From IMG/VR virus record IMGVR_UViG_3300025018_000511, positions 1 to 24,897 of that record: a DNA stretch of 24,897 nt; one strand, written 5' to 3'. This document shows, in pieces, positions 8,819 to 17,400 of this stretch. The notes beneath the pieces were generated by a model. The model was not told where the DNA came from, did no database searches, and worked only from the letters and a program-made list of their open reading frames with translations. The position numbers and the translations under genes were made by a program. This DNA comes from a virus (Duplodnaviria; Caudoviricetes). Each line of letters starts with the position of its first letter. Position 1 is the stretch's first letter.

Positions 8819-9751
8819 TCAGGTCAGGGTGAGCGTCCACTGGTCGTTGCCAGCGGTCGCGAGCGGCACGCCGCGCAGGGGCCATTCGAGGATGCCTTGC
8901 GCATTCGTCAGGCCCTGTGGGCGCTGCAGCTGCATGGCGGGGATGTTGAGGCTGGCGATCTTGCCAGCGCCCACGCCGTGCACGAGGTCGACCTCGACCG
9001 TCGTCTGGGCGGCGGCCAGCGTGAAGGGATCGAAGACGGTCAGCGCCACGGATTCGATCGTCATCTCGACCATGTCCGCCTTGTCCGTGATCAGCACGCC
9101 TTCCGAGTTGATCAGGAAGCGCGGTTCCACTTGGTTGCCGAGGTTCAGGACCATGCTGCGCAGGATGAAGTCGTCGCCGTCGATCTGGAAGGTGGGCGTG
9201 TTGGCGTTCGAGGCCAGCTGCGGCTTCTGGAAGGCCGTGAGCGTGGGGGTGGGCCGCGTCTGTTCGCTGGGGGTGGAGTAGAGCCCGGTGAACTCGAAGA
9301 CGAGATAGACGATGCCCTGGGCATTGACCTCGAGGCGCATGTTCCCGCGCGCCCCGCGCATGACATAGCGGGTGCCCCCGATCCAGAACCAGAAGGTCAG
9401 GCTTTCATGCGCATCCGAGACCGGGTTGTAGGTCACTGAGACGCCCGCGCTGATCGTCTGGGCGACAGCACAGCCGCGCATGAGAACGCCCCAGGCAGGC
9501 GCGGTGCCTGCGGTGCCGGACGGGGCAAGCTCGACCTTGAAGGCGAGTTTCGCATGGAGCTCGGTCGGGATCGTGGCCTGTCCCGCCATATAGGGCAGCT
9601 CGAGGTCGCGGCTGACGTCGGAGCCTTCCATCGGGGTCCAGACGACCTCGGTCGCGAGGATGGCATCGGCGGCCCCGGTGGGCGTCGGGTCCGTGCCATA
9701 GGCGCTTTCGATCTTGGCGAGCAGGATCTTGGATTTCCACTTGATGGCCAT
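8819..9751 (-). CDS. Major tail tube protein, 310 aa
   Basis: LLAKIESAYGTDPTP..VELAPSGTAGTAPAWG.L.RGC motif typical of siphoviral tube proteins; AAGGAG RBS. Confidence 0.88.
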   Translation of the reverse strand: MAIKWKSKILLAKIESAYGTDPTPTGAADAILATEVVWTPMEGSDVSRDLELPYMAGQATIPTELHAKLAFKVELAPSGTAGTAPAWGVLMRGCAVAQTISAGVSVTYNPVSDAHESLTFWFWIGGTRYVMRGARGNMRLEVNAQGIVYLVFEFTGLYSTPSEQTRPTPTLTAFQKPQLASNANTPTFQIDGDDFILRSMVLNLGNQVEPRFLINSEGVLITDKADMVEMTIESVALTVFDPFTLAAAQTTVEVDLVHGVGAGKIASLNIPAMQLQRPQGLTNAQGILEWPLRGVPLATAGNDQWTLTLT

Positions 9752-9754
9752 GGA

Positions 9755-9925
9755 TCAGGTCTCCTTCTCGGCCTTGGGGGTTTTGGGCTTGGCGGGCTTG
9801 GGCGTTGCCGGCGCGGCATCCGGTGCGACATCTGGCGCGGGGTCCGGGGTGGTCTCGGGGACGAGCGAGCCGTCGGGCTTGCGGATCCACGACCCACCTT
9901 CAGCGGGCAGGGGTGCGTTCTTCAT
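9755..9925 (-). CDS. Small Pro/Ala/Lys-rich protein, 56 aa (not in ORF track)
   Basis: MKNAPLPAEGGSWIRKPDGSLVPETTPDPAPDVAPDAAPATPKPAKPKTPKAEKET; ATGA overlap with upstream stop; fills the gap before the tail tube gene. Confidence 0.75.
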   Translation of the reverse strand: MKNAPLPAEGGSWIRKPDGSLVPETTPDPAPDVAPDAAPATPKPAKPKTPKAEKET

Positions 9926-10362
9926 CGGGCGATCCTCAGCTGGTCGTTGATGGCGAAATCGATCTGGTAGATCACGGCCCCGGCGTTCATCGACAGGAGG
10001 TTCCCGCGGCGCATCTCGAAGACGCCCACGGCCTCGTCGGGGCCCCAGCCCGCCACCGCGTCGATCACGGCGCGGATCAGCGCATCAAGCGCGCCCATCT
10101 TGCCTGCGGCCGTGGCGCTGTGGGTGTTGAAGGCCACGATCACGCCCAGAACCTCGGTCATCATCTGGGTGTAGAGGCCGGCGGCCGACTGGCCCTGGCC
10201 GCCGATCATGCCGACGGGGATCACCCAGGCTGCGGGCGTCTGCTGGGGCAACGAGCCGTTCTTGACCAGGACCGACAGCGAGGCTGCACCTTCGACGGTG
10301 CGGAGATCGGACACCTCGGCCTTGAGGCGGGTGATCAAGGAGGTGATCAGGCTCTCTGGCAT
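9922..10362 (-). CDS. Tail terminator / Mu gp37-like neck protein, 146 aa
   Basis: TPAAWVIP..AVAGW.P..YQIDF pattern; synteny after gp36. Confidence 0.78.
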   Translation of the reverse strand: MPESLITSLITRLKAEVSDLRTVEGAASLSVLVKNGSLPQQTPAAWVIPVGMIGGQGQSAAGLYTQMMTEVLGVIVAFNTHSATAAGKMGALDALIRAVIDAVAGWGPDEAVGVFEMRRGNLLSMNAGAVIYQIDFAINDQLRIAR

Positions 10363-10790
10363 CAGATGAACCCCTTGAGGTTCTCGGCCGTCATGGGCCG
10401 TTCGCGGTCCGTCAGCCGCGCGCCCGATCCGCCCTGGGCTTCGGGTTCGACGCCTGCGACCGGCAGACGGATCATGCCGTTCGCGATCTGCTGGAGCGAT
10501 CGGAGCGCGTCCTTGTAATCGGTCTCGATCTTGGGATCAGGGGCGAAGGTGTGGAGCTTGTAGATCGCGATCGCCTGGGCGAGATCGGCCAGGAGCGGCG
10601 GTGTCGCCACCATCGGCAGGATGTAGCGGGCCTGCAGATAGCCGTCGATCAGCGCATCGGTATCGGCCAGTGCCCGGTCGATCACGGCTGTCACGACCGC
10701 GCCCGTCGGTTCCTCGACCCGGTCGGTCAGCCCGATCAGCATCCGTTCGCCGTAGCGATCGGTCAGCTGCTGGAGCGTGGCATAGGTCAT
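10362..10790 (-). CDS. Head-tail adaptor, Mu gp36-like (DUF1320), 142 aa
   Basis: MTYAT..L..RYGE..LTDR..IDGYL..RY.LP..YKDALR.L..IA.G motif. Confidence 0.9.
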   Translation of the reverse strand: MTYATLQQLTDRYGERMLIGLTDRVEEPTGAVVTAVIDRALADTDALIDGYLQARYILPMVATPPLLADLAQAIAIYKLHTFAPDPKIETDYKDALRSLQQIANGMIRLPVAGVEPEAQGGSGARLTDRERPMTAENLKGFI

Positions 10791-10836
10791 GACCGGGTTC
10801 CTGGTTGAACGGGGCTTTCAAGGGCCCTTGAAATCG

Positions 10837-10878
10837 GCGGCCCGGCGGCGGGATGGGGACGCCGCCGGGCCGCTTTTT
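10837..10878. terminator. Strong GC hairpin, terminator-like, after the head gene block
   Basis: 14-bp stem 10837-10850 / 10860-10873, 9-nt loop; T5 tract follows on the plus strand, only CGATTTC on the minus strand. Confidence 0.6.
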
Positions 10879-10909
10879 GCCCCGGTTGGACTCCGGGGTC
10901 TGTCCCCCG

Positions 10910-11362
10910 TCAGTCCTCTTCGAAGGCGCTGATGGACAGGAGGGGATCGGCGGCCAGCGCCTGCATCTGCGCCTCGCTCAGTTCATCGAGCGGGATGACG
11001 GTCGGCTCGGGGCCAAACTTTCGCCCGATCCGCCAGCGGCCGGCGGCGGGGCCCTTGACCTCCACCATGACGCCGGTCGGCGGCAATTTATCGAAGGGAT
11101 CGGTGTCATCCCCGTCGATGGAAGGCGGCGGGTCGATCGGTGCCGGCGCATCCGCCTCTGGCTCCGGTGCGTCTTTCGCCGCCGTCTCTTCGGGTGCATC
11201 GGCATGAGGCACCGGTGCATTGCCCTCCGGCGCGGGGACGTTTTCGGTCACTGCCTGTTCGGGGGCAGCAGCGAGGGCGGGGGCCGTGACCCCCGCGTCT
11301 TCCGGGGGCACCCCGGTCTGGCCCTCATCGGGGCTCTCGGGCTTCTTGCGGGTGCGTGCCAT
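10910..11362 (-). CDS. Mu gp35-like (HI1506-related) protein, 150 aa
   Basis: Acidic low-complexity N-terminus then GRWRIGRKFGPEP..LSEAQMQALAADPLL motif; follows capsid gene; AAGGGGG RBS. Confidence 0.8.
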   Translation of the reverse strand: MARTRKKPESPDEGQTGVPPEDAGVTAPALAAAPEQAVTENVPAPEGNAPVPHADAPEETAAKDAPEPEADAPAPIDPPPSIDGDDTDPFDKLPPTGVMVEVKGPAAGRWRIGRKFGPEPTVIPLDELSEAQMQALAADPLLSISAFEED

Positions 11363-11375
11363 GTGGATCGCCCCC

Positions 11376-12269
11376 TTATGCCAGCCACGGCACGACGAGC
11401 AGCTCGGCCGTGCCTTTCCATTCGTTGGTCTCGCCGCCCGCGGCATATTCGGAGTTCAGGATCTTGCGACCTGCACTCTCGAGGGCGGGTGGCACGACAA
11501 GAAGGTTGGGCATCAGGCCCAGCGGCCGGCCACCGTCGCCCTTCATGTTCATGATGGCGGTGCGCCCGGTCGCATAGGCGGCGGCATCAAGCGTCTGCTT
11601 CGACCCGTAGGCCATCTGCGGCACGCCGTAGCCGACATTGCCGCGCCAGTCCGCCCCATAGACGAACGTGTTGTTGAAGAACACGTTGTCGTCGTCTTCG
11701 CGGTCCTTGTAGGTGAAGGTGATCGGCTTGCGCTCCTGCAAGATGATCGGCTTGACCGCCTTGTTGGTGCAGAGCAGGAACCAGGGCGTGCCCGACCCGC
11801 CGCCGGTGTTCGAATAGACCGTGGTGGCACCATTCGCATCGGTGATCGGGTGGTCGGTGTCGAAGAAGGACTGCCCGTCCCAGCAAAGAGTGTCGAACCC
11901 GGCCTTGAGCAGGTTCCAGACCAGCGTTTCGGGGAAGGACCCGGCCGCATCGCCCAGTTCCGCGAACATCATCGCATACTGGCCGAGGTTGTCGTCCTCG
12001 ATGTCGTTTTTGCTGACCTCGACCGTCTTTTCGAAATGGCGGTTGCGGATCGTGTAGCTGGCCTCGGCGATGCCATCGAGCTGGCGCGGGCCCAGCCATT
12101 CGCGCATGCCCGACATCTGCTTCAGCCAGCCATAGGTGCTTTCGCCGGTGGATGAGCGCACCGTGGTGGCGACACGCTCGCGGAAGCTGGGGGCAAGCCC
12201 CATCGCACGCTGGAATTCCGTGTGGAACCCGACCCGGAGGGCGGTCAGCGCAGAGCTGTTGATGATCAT
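11376..12269 (-). CDS. Major capsid protein, Mu gpT-like, 297 aa
   Basis: YGWL..MREWLGPR..DIEDDNLGQY..DGQSFFDTDHP..PNLLVVPPALE motifs; AGGAG RBS. Confidence 0.96.
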   Translation of the reverse strand: MIINSSALTALRVGFHTEFQRAMGLAPSFRERVATTVRSSTGESTYGWLKQMSGMREWLGPRQLDGIAEASYTIRNRHFEKTVEVSKNDIEDDNLGQYAMMFAELGDAAGSFPETLVWNLLKAGFDTLCWDGQSFFDTDHPITDANGATTVYSNTGGGSGTPWFLLCTNKAVKPIILQERKPITFTYKDREDDDNVFFNNTFVYGADWRGNVGYGVPQMAYGSKQTLDAAAYATGRTAIMNMKGDGGRPLGLMPNLLVVPPALESAGRKILNSEYAAGGETNEWKGTAELLVVPWLA

Positions 12270-12283
12270 GGTCGTCTCTCCTG

Positions 12284-12721
12284 TCAGGCGGCGGCAGCGG
12301 CGGTGAGGGCTTCGTCGAAACGGACCCAGACGCCGAGTGAGGTGACGTCGGCGACGATCCCGGCGGGCGAACGCGTGCCGGTGCCGTCCGTCTTGGCGAC
12401 GGTCTGGTCATCGACGATGAAGCAGACGTTGCCGATGTCCGCGATGGCGATGGCATCACCCGCGGCGCTGTTGCCCATGAGGAAGGTGCCGATCTGGACG
12501 CGGGCGGTGATGTCACCTGCAGATCCGGCGGTGTTGTTCGCCTCGCGGTCCGCGACACCCACGCCGACCGACCCGGTGGCGGTCGCGCCCCGGAGCAGGA
12601 AGCCCGCGGCATTGCGCATCACCAGCGCCCCCGGAAAGATCCGGGTCGATGCGGCGACGCCCGCCTCGATGTAATCCCCCTCACGGCGGGGGGTCAGCCG
12701 TCCTTCGGTCAGCGCAGCCAT
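12284..12721 (-). CDS. Capsid decoration / cement protein, 145 aa
   Basis: Between protease and capsid; CFIVDDQTVAKT..RSPAG..GVWV motif. Confidence 0.75.
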   Translation of the reverse strand: MAALTEGRLTPRREGDYIEAGVAASTRIFPGALVMRNAAGFLLRGATATGSVGVGVADREANNTAGSAGDITARVQIGTFLMGNSAAGDAIAIADIGNVCFIVDDQTVAKTDGTGTRSPAGIVADVTSLGVWVRFDEALTAAAAA

Positions 12722-13299
12722 CAGCGGGCCTCCTTGGCTTTGGCGTCAGCCTGCAGCTGCGCCAGATAGGTTTCGGGGTTGAGGCCGAGCGCATCGGCCA
12801 CCTGCTTTTCTTCGACGCTGAGCGACGCCTGGCGCTCGCCCAATTTCGGCGGGTCGTTCTTCAGGCCGGTCTCGCCGAGCTTGGGCAACACGGCGACCAG
12901 GGCCGCCGCCCGCGTGGGGTTTTCCATGTGAAGCGCCACATAGTGTTCGCGCGCCGCGCTGACGCCTGCACGCTTGTCGGCGATCGCGGTGGCCACGAAG
13001 GCCTCGGCCGCGCGGCGTTGCTCGCCCTCGCGAAGCGACCGCACCTCGGCTTGGAGTGCGGCCAGCTGTTCGCCCGTCTCGCCCGCACCGGCCCTGAGGG
13101 CAGCGGCCGCGGCCACGAGTTCCGTCGCACCGGCACCCTCGGACAGGCCCAGCGCACCCGTCACCTGTCCCAAGGCGGACAAGGCCGCTTCGCCTTGCGG
13201 CACGGCGGTCTGCAGGGCGGTGATTGCCGCGCGCACATCGTCGAGCGATGCATCGGCGGCCAGGCCCACGAGGCCTGCGATCTCTTGAAGGGGTTCCAT
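12721..13299 (-). CDS. Internal in-frame scaffolding protein (Mu gpZ-like), 192 aa
   Basis: GAGGAG (13311-13306) 6 nt before in-frame ATG 13299, just after the protease domain; helical Ala-rich sequence. Confidence 0.7.
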   Translation of the reverse strand: MEPLQEIAGLVGLAADASLDDVRAAITALQTAVPQGEAALSALGQVTGALGLSEGAGATELVAAAAALRAGAGETGEQLAALQAEVRSLREGEQRRAAEAFVATAIADKRAGVSAAREHYVALHMENPTRAAALVAVLPKLGETGLKNDPPKLGERQASLSVEEKQVADALGLNPETYLAQLQADAKAKEAR

Positions 13300-13782
13300 A
13301 CCCGTCTCCTCGTTCTGTGCGGAATTGAGCGCGACCAGCTCGCGCAAGGCGGGGTCGTTGGTCAGGGCTGCGTTCTTGATGCGCAGCACCCGGCCAGACG
13401 TGTCGTAGGAAAAGGTGGGCGAGATGCCCCAGTATTCGCGGTCACGCAGCATGCGTGCCCCGGCCTCGGTCCAATCGACGCGGGCCCAGATGCCATCGGC
13501 CCGGGCCTCCATCTCGACGATGTAGCCGCGCGCGGGTGCCGAGAGGCCCATCTTGGCCGCCGTGATGGTGCTGTGATTTTCGTCGACATGGATACGGGCG
13601 GCCGCCGCAAAGCTCGCTGCGATCACGCCTTCAGCATTCTCCAGCCGCCAGGGGCCGCGACCGTCGATGGCGCGGAACTGCCCGGCGGGCATCAGCTGGA
13701 TCCATTCGGGCACGTCCCGCCCGGCGGGCGGTGCGGGCAGCGCGATGGCCCCAAGGCTGGCAAGATTGGCGGACTGGCTCAT
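12721..13782 (-). CDS. Prohead protease/scaffold, Mu gpI-like, 353 aa
   Basis: EWIQLMPAG..DGRGPW..VDENH..APARG..VDWT..EYWGISPTF..ALTNDPAL motifs; start placed at MSQSAN (13782). Confidence 0.93.
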   Translation of the reverse strand: MSQSANLASLGAIALPAPPAGRDVPEWIQLMPAGQFRAIDGRGPWRLENAEGVIAASFAAAARIHVDENHSTITAAKMGLSAPARGYIVEMEARADGIWARVDWTEAGARMLRDREYWGISPTFSYDTSGRVLRIKNAALTNDPALRELVALNSAQNEETGMEPLQEIAGLVGLAADASLDDVRAAITALQTAVPQGEAALSALGQVTGALGLSEGAGATELVAAAAALRAGAGETGEQLAALQAEVRSLREGEQRRAAEAFVATAIADKRAGVSAAREHYVALHMENPTRAAALVAVLPKLGETGLKNDPPKLGERQASLSVEEKQVADALGLNPETYLAQLQADAKAKEAR

Positions 13783-13839
13783 GGGGCGACAATCGCGCCA
13801 CCGGGCCGCCCGATACATCCGCAACGGCTTGCGGGGTGG
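13782..13839 (-). promoter_or_regulatory. Putative late promoter for head operon (Mu PI equivalent)
   Basis: Dyad CCGCAA-CGGC-TTGCGG at 13819-13834; -10-like GATTGT at 13794-13789. Confidence 0.78.
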
Positions 13840-13885
13840 TCAGCGGGCCATGGTCAGGTCAGGCTGCACGCGGATCGGTCGCCGG

Positions 13886-14389
13886 TCAATCGCTTCCTTG
13901 GGCGACCCGGCCCAGCCATTCCTCGGCCAGTGAGATCAGATCGGCCTCGTCCTGCTCGGAAATCCCGAGGAAGGGGCGCGCCGGGATATTGCCCCAGGGG
14001 ATCGGCCCGCCGCGCACGGTGCGCCCGAAGGCGCCCTGTGCGGCTCCACCTTGCATGACGGCCGAGTAGATCAGGTTCGACCCGATCTCGACGCTCGCGC
14101 CATCGGCCCCAACGGAAAAGCTGATTGTTGAATTCAACGAATTTGATGGTCCGAACAGCGGGCGCAAGTCTATCGTCTGTTTTCGCTTTTCATAGGCTGC
14201 CAGCGTCGCGGCCGTCTTTGGCGCCCATGGGTTTCCGTCGGGATCATTGCCCTCCTGAAATCGCTTCATTGTGGACTCCGATAACATCGACCCGATGGCG
14301 GCCATCACCGGCGTCATGTCGATCATCGCCTCCGAGAGGCGGTCGAGCATGGGCGTGACTTCATCGCGGGTGATGCCGACCCGGATCAT
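13886..14389 (-). CDS. Virion morphogenesis protein, Mu gpG-like, 167 aa
   Basis: RF.EG.DPDG.PWAP..IGSNLIYSA..Q.G..IPARPFLGIS motif; TGATG overlap. Confidence 0.92.
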   Translation of the reverse strand: MIRVGITRDEVTPMLDRLSEAMIDMTPVMAAIGSMLSESTMKRFQEGNDPDGNPWAPKTAATLAAYEKRKQTIDLRPLFGPSNSLNSTISFSVGADGASVEIGSNLIYSAVMQGGAAQGAFGRTVRGGPIPWGNIPARPFLGISEQDEADLISLAEEWLGRVAQGSD

Positions 14390-15594
14390 CAGACGATTCC
14401 GCGCATGAGCGAGATCAGGACAAGGCTGCCCCGCCGGGGATCGGGACGGAAGGTGGCGGTCAGCGCCCGGCCTTCGACCGTGCCGCGCATGATGATCGTG
14501 CCATCCGGCCCTTCTTCGACGCTGTCCGCCTCGTCGATGAGCCGCGCCACCAGGGCCAGCTCGTCGGGCTCGATCACGCGCAAGATGCCCTCCATCAGGA
14601 TCCGCTCGAGGACAAAGTCCCAAATGGACCGCTGATCAAGGTCGATGCCGATTTCGGCAAAGCGCCGCTGCTGATCAGTCGTCACCAAACCCAGCGTGCG
14701 GACAGGTTCGGGATTGCCCCTTGCCGTGATGGGCGCGCCGCCCCGTTCTCCAAGTGCGCGCTCGCCAAATCGACGGACCTCGTCGGCGACGGATGGAAGT
14801 GATCGGTAACTTTTGGCAAAAGAATCGCGCAACGCTGTTGGCTGATCCCTCATGAAACTTCGCGTGATGTCGTCCGGCCATTTGGCTGCCTTGGCGGCTG
14901 TTGCGGAGATCAGTTCACTGATGCTTGCCCCAGGTGCATAATCCCAGCCCTTGCCAATACCCGGTGGCGCACCCGTCCGAGGATCAATGCTATCCCAATC
15001 GGCTGGCAAGGCTTTGTCTGGGTCACCGCCCATTCGTCGAGCCATCGCGAGTGACATTGCGCCTGATACCCGGCAACTGCAGCCCCAGCCATTGGGCGGG
15101 GAATGCGTGGCCCAGAACGGATGATCGGCGGGCAGGACAAGGCCGTTCCAGCCCAGATGCTGCAAGCGCGGTTCGACGGACCCGCCATGAAAGTAGACCC
15201 AATAAGGAAAGCCGCCGTCGCGTAATTGGGCCAGACGCCCCGCCATATAGCTGACCCTCAAATTGGTCTTGTAAATTACGCGAATACGCCAAGCCTCTCC
15301 TTTCTTCGTGCCTTCGCCAGTCCAGCCATGCCAACCTTGCTTCTCAACGATAGCCCGAAAATCTTTGGCGAACTCCTGAAGGGAGATGCCTTCTGTCTGA
15401 ATCCGGAGGGTTGCCGCAGAAAGGTCTGAGAGCAGTTCGGCCTTCGTGGCCCCGGCAACGAACCATGCCCGATCATTCTGTTCTCGGACAACTTGGTCCC
15501 ATCGCGATGTTGGGACAAGGTTTCCCAGCCTGAGAATGAAGGCAGCGATCTGTTCGCGGAACGGTTGGCGAAACGTTGTCAACAATTCATTCAC
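14389..15594 (-). CDS. Minor head protein, Mu gpF-like, with C-terminal extension, about 401 aa
   Basis: IYKTNLR.SY.AGR..PR..H..W.GLVLP.DHPFW.TH.PPNGWGCSC motif; GTG start after GAGGAGG, overlapping the portal end. Confidence 0.9.
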   Translation of the reverse strand: MNELLTTFRQPFREQIAAFILRLGNLVPTSRWDQVVREQNDRAWFVAGATKAELLSDLSAATLRIQTEGISLQEFAKDFRAIVEKQGWHGWTGEGTKKGEAWRIRVIYKTNLRVSYMAGRLAQLRDGGFPYWVYFHGGSVEPRLQHLGWNGLVLPADHPFWATHSPPNGWGCSCRVSGAMSLAMARRMGGDPDKALPADWDSIDPRTGAPPGIGKGWDYAPGASISELISATAAKAAKWPDDITRSFMRDQPTALRDSFAKSYRSLPSVADEVRRFGERALGERGGAPITARGNPEPVRTLGLVTTDQQRRFAEIGIDLDQRSIWDFVLERILMEGILRVIEPDELALVARLIDEADSVEEGPDGTIIMRGTVEGRALTATFRPDPRRGSLVLISLMRGIV

Positions 15595-17221
15595 TGCCTT
15601 CCTCCTCGACCATGGCCCGCCCGCCCGCATGACCCGCGATCATTGCGTTGGCGAGGACCGCTGCGAGCATGGAGGCATCGAGTGCCGGAAAGCCTGCCCG
15701 TAGCATTTCGGCAAGCTCCTCGAGCGACCCCGCCGCCTCGATCATCACCTCGATCTGATCAAGCATTGCCTCCATCGCAGGGGCCGCGTCTTCCGCCATC
15801 CGATCCGTCAGAAGGTCGACCGGGGAAACCCCCTCAGAAATGCCCGCCTGTGGGCCTGCCACCTGCAGAGCGGCGGACGGGCGCTGAAGGGCCTCACCCC
15901 GTTTAAAAACGCCGGAAAACCGTTTAATGGGCGGGATTGGCCCCGCAGGGTCCGTTGCAGGTGCAGCCGGAGCTGGTGCGGAGAGGATTTCATCCTCAGG
16001 CGCGGGTTCCGACCACCCGAATTTGTCGCGCACTTCGCTCATGCTGACGCGCATGCCGAGCGGCACGAGGACGCCGAGCGCCTCGGCCGCGGCCTTCAGG
16101 TCCTCCGCCTCCGGCCGTTCGATCTTGAGCCGGGGATACGGCCCGCCCGCGCCGTATTCGAGATCCATCCACGGCCGGATCAGATCGCGGTTCAGGATTG
16201 TGGCCAGCGCCCTCGCATCGGCCGTCTCGATATCCTTCTGGACCTCGCGGTGTTCCTTGCCCGATCCCAGCCCGCCCACCACTGCGTCCGTGGTCGAGGT
16301 CTGTCCGAGCACCGCTTTTGAAATCTGCTGGTCGAGCCAGTCCGCGCGCTCGAGATAGAGATCGGAGGAGGCCCCGACGTTGGAGGTCTCCACAAAATCG
16401 ATCATCATGCTGTCGGGGATGATCGCCGCGCAATCGCCCGCAATGTTGGAGACGGCGCGGAACAGCGTCTCGCGGTCCTTTTCGGAGGCGGCGGCGCCAT
16501 ACTTGCCCAGGCGCAATGGCTGGCCGTAGGTCTGGGTGAAGATCGCCCAGTCGCGCTGGGTATAGGCCTTGAACATCCAGCCCCAGGCCGCGACCCGTGC
16601 GAGGCCCGACCGCAGGGCCAGCCCCGACTTCGCCTTCATCTGGCAGGAGATGAACTTCAAGGGCGGCAGTGGGACCTCGGTCCCATGCTCATCCAGCATC
16701 AGGGGCGTGGAGAGATCGCGCCGATCGAAACGGAACCAGGCGGGGTTGCGGTATTCGAGCCGGTCCGGTTGCCACTGGCCCGTCGAGGTGTCCCAGAGGA
16801 TTTCGGTGAAGCTGTAGCCCTTGCCGATCGCGTCGAGGATGTCGAACAGCTCCTCGGTCAACTCGCCCCGGTCCAGCCAGCTGCGCACGCGGTCGGCCTT
16901 CTCGACATCGGCCTGATCGTCGCTCGCAGCCTCGACCGTGATCTCGATCTGGCTGACCGACCGTTTGCGGGTGCCGAGCACGCCCAGGTAATGCGGATCG
17001 CGCTCCTCGATCGTCTCGGCCAGTTCAAGATAGCGGATCGGATCGCCCTGGTCGGCCTCGCGCAGGATCGAGGCGAGGCGCAAGGGGTTCAGCCCGTCCG
17101 CCGGGTAGCCGGCGATCGGCGAGCGCACGCCGCCGATAGTGGGGGCCGCGACCTCCGCCTTGAGCAAGGACCGCTGCACCGGCTTGCCGAAGCGGTCGAG
17201 AAGTTGGGGCAGTCGGCCCAT
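15587..17221 (-). CDS. Portal protein, Mu gp29-like (DUF935), 544 aa
   Basis: LDAIGKGYS..EI.W, YGQPLRLGKY, ISKAVLGQT motifs; follows terminase. Confidence 0.94.
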   Translation of the reverse strand: MGRLPQLLDRFGKPVQRSLLKAEVAAPTIGGVRSPIAGYPADGLNPLRLASILREADQGDPIRYLELAETIEERDPHYLGVLGTRKRSVSQIEITVEAASDDQADVEKADRVRSWLDRGELTEELFDILDAIGKGYSFTEILWDTSTGQWQPDRLEYRNPAWFRFDRRDLSTPLMLDEHGTEVPLPPLKFISCQMKAKSGLALRSGLARVAAWGWMFKAYTQRDWAIFTQTYGQPLRLGKYGAAASEKDRETLFRAVSNIAGDCAAIIPDSMMIDFVETSNVGASSDLYLERADWLDQQISKAVLGQTSTTDAVVGGLGSGKEHREVQKDIETADARALATILNRDLIRPWMDLEYGAGGPYPRLKIERPEAEDLKAAAEALGVLVPLGMRVSMSEVRDKFGWSEPAPEDEILSAPAPAAPATDPAGPIPPIKRFSGVFKRGEALQRPSAALQVAGPQAGISEGVSPVDLLTDRMAEDAAPAMEAMLDQIEVMIEAAGSLEELAEMLRAGFPALDASMLAAVLANAMIAGHAGGRAMVEEEGSE

Positions 17222-17400
17222 CAGGGTTTCCTTCCGATCAATGCGGCGAAGAGGGAGGCGATCAAGACGTCGGGCGGGAAGTCGGGCGTTGCGCGCGGCA
17301 CGATCCTTGGCGCGCGGCGATTCCGCGTGAGTTCGACTTCACGGTCCCCCTTGCGACGATGCTGCTGGATCGCCTTCCGGCGGTTCTTCTTGTGCGGCAT
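17221..17400 (-). CDS. Small basic hypothetical protein, 59 aa
   Basis: MPHKKNRRKAIQQHRRK...; TGATG overlaps with both terL stop and portal start. Confidence 0.65.
   Translation of the reverse strand: MPHKKNRRKAIQQHRRKGDREVELTRNRRAPRIVPRATPDFPPDVLIASLFAALIGRKP

Noticed and set aside
10816-10833. Fourth late operator
   Set aside because: Shares CAAG/CTTG but has different outer bases and spacer length
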